A stretch of 64,000 nucleotides of DNA from a virus: IMG/VR virus record IMGVR_UViG_3300021964_000036, positions 1 to 64,000 of that record, one strand, 5' to 3'. Position 1 is the stretch's first letter; every line of letters starts with the position of its first letter. The notes under the pieces are model-generated. The model was not told the DNA's origin. It did no database searches and was given only the letters and a program-made list of their open reading frames with translations. Below, one piece after another: positions 58,479 to 64,000 of this stretch. The translations under genes and the position numbers were made by a program.

Positions 58479-59147
58479 ATGAATATAAAATTAGTTCACA
58501 TTTTGACAGAGCCAGATACTAGGAGGGAAGTTTCATCTATAGGGTCTTTGTCTCCTTTGGGAGAATTGGGTTTAGAATACATCCAACAAATAAATCAACG
58601 GTATGTAGGTGATGCCTGGAAATCAACCCCAGCTTTAAGTCAATCACCTGCTACAAACCACGGTCCAGGACATTATGGAGCTTTCCAGTCTTTTAAGAAA
58701 GCAATGCTAGATAATTTTACTGAGGATCTGGATGCTTTGGTTCTTTGTGAATGTGATTGTGTACTAGAATGCTCGCCCGAGGAATTCATGTTTACGCTGA
58801 GAAGGGGCATAGATTTTTGCAAAGATAATGATCTTAAGTACCTATCATTAGGATCTAGGTTTGTAAACGGGGTTTTACAATCCCCAGAGACTGGTTCTGA
58901 TGCTAATTTTCCGGACTTTTATGTTACAAACAAGGTTATTTTAGCACACTGTATTGTGTTACCAGCATCTTCTAGGGACCTTATTCTTGGTGCAATTGAT
59001 AAATTTAGCTGGGATAGCCCAGATATTTGGTTTAATGAAGCACTTTGGAGGTCTGGTGTTAATAGATTTGGTATAGTTAAGGAAAGACTTGCAAGACAAC
59101 ACGAGGGGATATCCCTAATCGATAACGTCTGGAAAGAATCTCAATAA
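58479..59147 (+). CDS. GT25-like glycosyltransferase
   Basis: PGHYGAFQSF, ALVLCECD, AHCIVL, PDIW pattern. Confidence 0.55.
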   Translation: MNIKLVHILTEPDTRREVSSIGSLSPLGELGLEYIQQINQRYVGDAWKSTPALSQSPATNHGPGHYGAFQSFKKAMLDNFTEDLDALVLCECDCVLECSPEEFMFTLRRGIDFCKDNDLKYLSLGSRFVNGVLQSPETGSDANFPDFYVTNKVILAHCIVLPASSRDLILGAIDKFSWDSPDIWFNEALWRSGVNRFGIVKERLARQHEGISLIDNVWKESQ

Positions 59148-59148
59148 T

Positions 59149-59877
59149 TTATTTCCTTTCTCTTTCTTCTTTGCTTATCTCCCTAATAAATAGCTCTTTA
59201 GCTATTTTGAGTGTTACCGATTCTTCATTAAAATCCTCGTAAATTTCCATCACATTTACTGCTGGATCAATTGAATGTTCTAGATTCATTATCTCTATTA
59301 TCTCGTGAACGATGAATTCGTATGACATCGAGAAGTAAGAATTTCTAAGGAAGACTCTTTTCATAAGCGTACCTGCTGATCCCCTTCCCATTTTTCCATT
59401 TTGCCACCAGTATGCGATAATTTGATCGCTTGACATATTTCTAAATATAAGTATGCCTTGATCTTTTTTAAGTGCATCCCCAAATCTTTCGAGACTGAAA
59501 GATTTTATTCTGCTCTCTATATTTTTCCAAAGATCCATACCAAGGTCAGCGTACTTATAGAGTATGTTAAGTGAGTTTTCTATAATTTTCTTAACTTCCT
59601 CCCTCTCAAATTCTTCTAACCTTGAAGTCTCGTAATATTCAACTAGATTTTTTATATGTGTTGGAAGATCTTTTGGTATATCCTTGAATTCCTTTTCAAT
59701 CCAAATTTTCACAGAGCTTAGTTCCTTAATCATGGAGAAAATCTTTTTTATTGGATAATAAATATCCTCCTCCCTAATGTCTTTATTGACAGTTGATAGG
59801 AAATCTAATAAAACGTATTGTTTGTATTCTTGATCGATTGGATGTTCGATGAACCATGTGGGTTGAATGTCTTTCAT
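59149..59877 (-). CDS. Hypothetical protein (only convincing minus-strand gene)
   Basis: 242-aa ORF filling an otherwise empty interval; TWF...IDQEYKQYVLL, ETLK.AK-like end. Confidence 0.8.
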   Translation of the reverse strand: MKDIQPTWFIEHPIDQEYKQYVLLDFLSTVNKDIREEDIYYPIKKIFSMIKELSSVKIWIEKEFKDIPKDLPTHIKNLVEYYETSRLEEFEREEVKKIIENSLNILYKYADLGMDLWKNIESRIKSFSLERFGDALKKDQGILIFRNMSSDQIIAYWWQNGKMGRGSAGTLMKRVFLRNSYFSMSYEFIVHEIIEIMNLEHSIDPAVNVMEIYEDFNEESVTLKIAKELFIREISKEERERK

Positions 59878-59990
59878 GGTGGAAGAATTATGTTTGTTAC
59901 TCTATATATTGTCCCCTGGGTATACTTCTTGACTTTAAAAGAACCTGTTTAGTTGCGTGATATATAATACATAAAAAAAGTGGTCACAGT

Positions 59991-60428
59991 ATGCCAAGGA
60001 TAGACGATTATATTTCATTTAGCTCTAGTAAGAAAAACAACGTTTCTAGCGAGTTTTCTTTCTCCAAAGAATTAGGTATGCTGGATGTCCAAATTGTAAA
60101 CAGACCACCAGAAATTTCAGACGTAGATTCTCTTGAACTTGAAATAGAATACAAGGTTTCAATTGCAAGAAGAAAGGACGGTATACAGGATTTGGATTTT
60201 ATGGTTGAAAGTATGGAACTTGAAATAAAAGTCGATGATTACCCTAACGAGCAAAAGGAATTTGAGTTTGATATTGTTCCTGATGTTAATATTGCAATAC
60301 CTTCTGTTGTGATCCAAAAGGGTTCAAGACTAGTTCCAACAGATCCAACATTTGCAAGAATTGATATGAGAAAATCAATGAACCCAAAAGACTTCAGAAT
60401 ACAAATACTCTTTGGCAGTAATGAATAA
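59991..60428 (+). CDS. Hypothetical protein
   Basis: GATATATA at 59959. Confidence 0.7.
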   Translation: MPRIDDYISFSSSKKNNVSSEFSFSKELGMLDVQIVNRPPEISDVDSLELEIEYKVSIARRKDGIQDLDFMVESMELEIKVDDYPNEQKEFEFDIVPDVNIAIPSVVIQKGSRLVPTDPTFARIDMRKSMNPKDFRIQILFGSNE

Positions 60429-61338
60429 GGCTTTGAACTTTGCCCAGTTTGGTAAAATAAACGAATCACTCTCAATATCAAAAAAAGATGTTGGGTTAAT
60501 TGGTCCCAATATGGATGGGGAAATTAAGCTGAGAATTCCTAATCCTGGCATAACTTTAAAAAGAATAGATGACGGGGAGAATTACGTCTTTGAGATAGGA
60601 GAAAAATCTTGTTCGGTCCCTAAAAAATTCATTTCATTATCAACCCAACCCGGTTATGACATTGTTTCGTTTAATACTAACACTAATTGGTTTAAACAGG
60701 AAAATAATTCGGAAAGAATCTCTGATGTGATTGAAGAATTCCTCACATCTCAGTATAAAAGTCTGTCTAAAAGTAGCGACCCAATTAAGGATGACGTTAA
60801 CATTATTTTGGATGCTTTTGGTATTGAGGATGATGTTACAGCATTCAATTCCAATTCACCATTACAAATGGATGGACAGACACAAAACGGGATGGAGTTT
60901 GAGATAGAGAAAGAAACTTCGGAGGATCTCTTTAAAAAGTTTTTTTTGTATAAGGATATTGACTCAATACATCCCATGATTTCTATTAAGAGGAAGGGAG
61001 CAAGATTCAATTGTATCTATAGAACACCAAAGGGAAACTTTGAATGTAAGCATGATTCTATTGATGAGATGCTAAATAGCCCAACTGATAAGTATCTTAT
61101 GTCAGTTTGCATTGGGAATGAATCGGAGGAAAATCAAAGAAACCTTGTGGATCACTTGATGAGGCTTTTCAAATATCATTCCTGGGATAAAGCAGATTCG
61201 AAAGCGAAAGCAAGCAAAAATGCAGAGGAGAGGAAAGAGATTAAGAAGATAATGAATATTCTCAAAAACACTATCTCCGAGGACCATATTGGGGAGATGT
61301 ACTCTGATGCAAGGTCTAAATTCATGGGTAACAGGTAA
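60421..61338 (+). CDS. Putative head-internal protein
   Basis: Leader NKALNFAQFGKINE. Confidence 0.65.
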   Translation: MNKALNFAQFGKINESLSISKKDVGLIGPNMDGEIKLRIPNPGITLKRIDDGENYVFEIGEKSCSVPKKFISLSTQPGYDIVSFNTNTNWFKQENNSERISDVIEEFLTSQYKSLSKSSDPIKDDVNIILDAFGIEDDVTAFNSNSPLQMDGQTQNGMEFEIEKETSEDLFKKFFLYKDIDSIHPMISIKRKGARFNCIYRTPKGNFECKHDSIDEMLNSPTDKYLMSVCIGNESEENQRNLVDHLMRLFKYHSWDKADSKAKASKNAEERKEIKKIMNILKNTISEDHIGEMYSDARSKFMGNR

Positions 61339-61343
61339 AGCCC

Positions 61344-61371
61344 GGAACACTTTTGCACATTCACCATATAA
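61344..61371 (+). promoter_or_regulatory. Middle-type promoter GGAAC-N18-TATAA
   Basis: Motif variant. Confidence 0.5.
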
Positions 61372-61457
61372 CAATTAAATCCAGCAATGCTGCCCGGTGA
61401 ATTGTTTTTACACAAATATTTTCAAGTTTCGGTTAAACTCCTAACAATTGGAATCAA

Positions 61458-62132
61458 ATGGGATGGCTGAGTCGATTATTTAAGAAAGAAAAGAAGATGG
61501 ATCTTAAAGAAAAAACTTTACCAGAGATTAGGGAAGAATTATCCAAAGTTGACTTCCAATGGATAAAAGGTGATAAAGCAGGAAATGTCGAAAAATTCGA
61601 CGACGTTTTAAGCGATGAATCTACAGGGATGACCTTTGTTAGCTTTAAAGGTGGTGGGAGAATCAATATAGAATTACTTGGTGAATATCTTGATACTTTC
61701 CCCGCTTCAAAGGTTGACTTTAATAGTGTAGCTGTAGATAATCCACCTATTCCTAATGTTTTAAGTGAAGCAACGGGACAAGATAAAAAGTCAGCAGCAC
61801 CTGTCCGCAGAAATACTGTTTCATCCATCGAGCTTGAAGAATCTCCGATATATAAACTATTAAAACAGCAGAAGGAAAATTGGGTAAGCGTGAATATTTC
61901 GCTTAAGCTTAATTTACCTCCTAAAAATCTGTACAATGTTTTAATTACTTCCTTTGATGGGGCAAACGAGGAGATTGTTGATTATGTAACTGAGGGAATT
62001 GACATAGAGGATATAAGAGCTGCTCTGGCAGAATCTATTTTAGCATACTATAATGTAACCCAAAAGTCAACTAGCCAGAGATCAAAGAAGAACATTGAAG
62101 AAAATAAATCCGTTGAGGATGGAGAAGAATAA
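61458..62132 (+). CDS. Hypothetical protein
   Basis: 224-aa ORF; amphipathic start MGWLSRLFKK. Confidence 0.75.
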   Translation: MGWLSRLFKKEKKMDLKEKTLPEIREELSKVDFQWIKGDKAGNVEKFDDVLSDESTGMTFVSFKGGGRINIELLGEYLDTFPASKVDFNSVAVDNPPIPNVLSEATGQDKKSAAPVRRNTVSSIELEESPIYKLLKQQKENWVSVNISLKLNLPPKNLYNVLITSFDGANEEIVDYVTEGIDIEDIRAALAESILAYYNVTQKSTSQRSKKNIEENKSVEDGEE

Positions 62133-62694
62133 AATATTATACGAAACGCCAGGTTTGCATCTTGTAGAAAGGGATGGAAGAATTGGGGTTGTACCCACTT
62201 TTATGAATGTTGTGGTTATGCCTTTTATCTCTGATGAACAGGGTCTTCCTCTAGCAGTTGGAGTACTTAAAGAACCAAACCCTTTTAGGGAGGGTGGAAT
62301 GACTATCTCTTTGATTACTGGAACAAGCGATGACGAGGACCCAGATTTGCTCACAACCGCTAAGAGAGAATTATTAGAGGAAAGCGGATTTCAGGCTGAC
62401 GGAAACGAAAGATGGTACTATTTAGGATCTGTCACTTCATCAAAGTTCGTAGATCACGAACAACCTTGTTTTGCCGTAGATGTTACTGGATTAGAAAGAG
62501 GTGAACCAATTACTGATGGTAGCCCAGAAGAGCAAGAGATGGAATTTAAATTCATTCCTGCTAATGACGTGGTAAAAGCTAAAGATATTTTTATTCCCGG
62601 ACTTTTCCTCAAGCTCTTCAAATATGTTCTTGGCATAGATATACAGGGAACTGGTGAGGAATCTAAAGGCGTGGATTTAAATCTTAAACAATGA
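62119..62694 (+). CDS. NUDIX hydrolase
   Basis: GTSDDED...TAKRELLEESG Nudix box. Confidence 0.85.
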   Translation: MEKNKILYETPGLHLVERDGRIGVVPTFMNVVVMPFISDEQGLPLAVGVLKEPNPFREGGMTISLITGTSDDEDPDLLTTAKRELLEESGFQADGNERWYYLGSVTSSKFVDHEQPCFAVDVTGLERGEPITDGSPEEQEMEFKFIPANDVVKAKDIFIPGLFLKLFKYVLGIDIQGTGEESKGVDLNLKQ

Positions 62695-63032
62695 GTCAAT
62701 CTAGAAGACAAAGAAGACAAATGGCCAAACATTTCGGCTTTTTGGGAAAAAAGGAATCATTTGATGAAATGAGGGAAAGGATAAGAAGATCCCAACAAAT
62801 GGGTAAGCAGATCCACCTCAAGAACATGGAAAACATCAAGAACAATCAAATTGAAACCCAAAAGGAAAGGGATATTGCTTTGCAAGAGGATCTTATAAAG
62901 GAGACCATTTCTGAAAATGGGATTAGTTCCAACGAAAGTATTGAATTAAATACTGGATCTTTCGATTTCTTGAATGATATAAAAGATGGACCTCAGGCTT
63001 CTGGTGAAAAAGAAACCGAAGATAATGCCTAA
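62691..63032 (+). CDS. Hypothetical protein
   Basis: Coupled ORF, basic N-terminus. Confidence 0.7.
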   Translation: MSQSRRQRRQMAKHFGFLGKKESFDEMRERIRRSQQMGKQIHLKNMENIKNNQIETQKERDIALQEDLIKETISENGISSNESIELNTGSFDFLNDIKDGPQASGEKETEDNA

Positions 63033-63360
63033 GGAAATACCAGATACAAGATTCGTTTTAACGTCAAGGTCCCTCAAAGAGGCCAAAAGAAAATACTGCT
63101 CTGATAAAACCTATTACATAGTTGACATAGGTAAAATTATTAGGGAGCTCGGCTATGATACTGATGAGCTTTCGCCAGAGTCAGAGTTTGTAATCAATTA
63201 CGCGGTTCAGAAGAAAATAACACAAGGAATATATAGTACAAGATGTAATGACATCTTGGTAGTGTATAAGAACATCTCTCAGAGATTTGCAGAAAATCTA
63301 CACCATTTTCTCCAGGAAGAAATGGAAGAGGAGTTCGAATTCACTATCGAGGTAGAATGA
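63025..63360 (+). CDS. Hypothetical protein
   Basis: Coupled ORF. Confidence 0.65.
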   Translation: MPKEIPDTRFVLTSRSLKEAKRKYCSDKTYYIVDIGKIIRELGYDTDELSPESEFVINYAVQKKITQGIYSTRCNDILVVYKNISQRFAENLHHFLQEEMEEEFEFTIEVE

Positions 63361-63381
63361 AAAAAAATCTTGGCTATATAA

Positions 63382-64000
63382 ATGGGGAATCCTCAAAATT
63401 CAAGTACTGGATCTAGATCTGCTACCGAAGCTTATTTTAATAGGGCTTCAAAATTTAAATTTGGTAATTCTTCTGGGAGTCCAACTACCGCTGCAAATAG
63501 TGCTATCCATGGATCAAGAGAGGCACAACTTGACAGTGCATCCGCACAAACAACGTCAAGAATGTCCAACTTGGGGTCAGTTAACCCTAACAAAGGACCA
63601 TCACCTAGGACTTTATTTTACAATGGCGGTTTTTATTCATCGGATGATGCAAAGTACGGTCAATTTTTATTTTACTCTTTTGGTAATAATGAAAATACTT
63701 TTATCCAAGAGTATTACAAATCTGAAAATCGGGAATTTAATTCCAGAATTTCCCCCGTTTCGACTATTACCGGAAGTGGTGCAAGCAAAAATCCTTCAGC
63801 TGGACAACTTGTTAGAATAACACAACAACTTAGAAATGAAGCTGATCCTTCCGTCGGAACTGATTCACAGGATTCGGGTGGAAGCTTTGGGACAAGGACA
63901 AATAAATCGCTTATAATTGGTGGTTTATCTGCTCCATATGATTGGAAGGATTTTCTATACTGCAAGTATTATGGAAGTATTCCAAATAACTACATGATTA
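63382..64000 (+). CDS. Large probable structural protein, 5' part (runs off the window)
   Basis: Open from ATG 63382 (MGNPQNSS...) to the end (...WKDFLYCKYYGSIPNNYMI); not in the ORF track. Confidence 0.8.
   Translation, partial: MGNPQNSSTGSRSATEAYFNRASKFKFGNSSGSPTTAANSAIHGSREAQLDSASAQTTSRMSNLGSVNPNKGPSPRTLFYNGGFYSSDDAKYGQFLFYSFGNNENTFIQEYYKSENREFNSRISPVSTITGSGASKNPSAGQLVRITQQLRNEADPSVGTDSQDSGGSFGTRTNKSLIIGGLSAPYDWKDFLYCKYYGSIPNNYMI

Noticed and set aside
61372-61457. Possible structured leader or ncRNA (acaatt...aattgt, cagca/tgctg)
   Set aside because: Pairing is short and AT-rich; no recognisable family; no tRNA or rRNA seen anywhere in the window
833-62732. Numerous short antisense and nested ORFs
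   Set aside because: Lie opposite well-supported genes with Ser/Leu/Phe-rich antisense composition and no motifs
63461-63965. ORF-track calls 63461..63820 (+) and 63714..63965 (-)
   Set aside because: Shadow frames of the real ORF starting at 63382
1-64000. Stop-codon reassignment as in some Bacteroidota phages
   Set aside because: Standard code gives full-length core genes and near-complete coding density; TAG and TGA both end genes at sensible boundaries

Overview
64 kb of an AT-rich, gene-dense, almost entirely plus-strand T4-like jumbo myovirus genome. The host is probably Bacteroidota: TAnnTTTG promoters are present and starts have A-rich leaders without Shine-Dalgarno. The window holds the end of a collagen-like fibre gene followed by an oxygenase/glycosyltransferase cluster that includes an Aah/TibC-type protein O-heptosyltransferase. 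The morphogenesis core comprises neck, small and large terminase, sheath, two tail tubes, hub, gp4, gp2, two tandem portals, a protease-scaffold fusion and the major capsid. There are also two phage sigma factors, replication and repair genes, and many presumed head-internal proteins. Best leads: (1) a putative virion protein heptosylation system, with an HldE-type kinase directly after the portals; (2) duplicated full-length portals; (3) a readable three-tier promoter cascade, host sigma -> ECF sigma -> gp55-like sigma; (4) a glycosylase colinear with animal NEIL1; (5) a candidate -1 frameshift extending a large acidic head protein; (6) a shared capsid-targeting-like leader, also found on a nucleotidyltransferase. 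All family assignments come from motif recognition by eye, not database searches.
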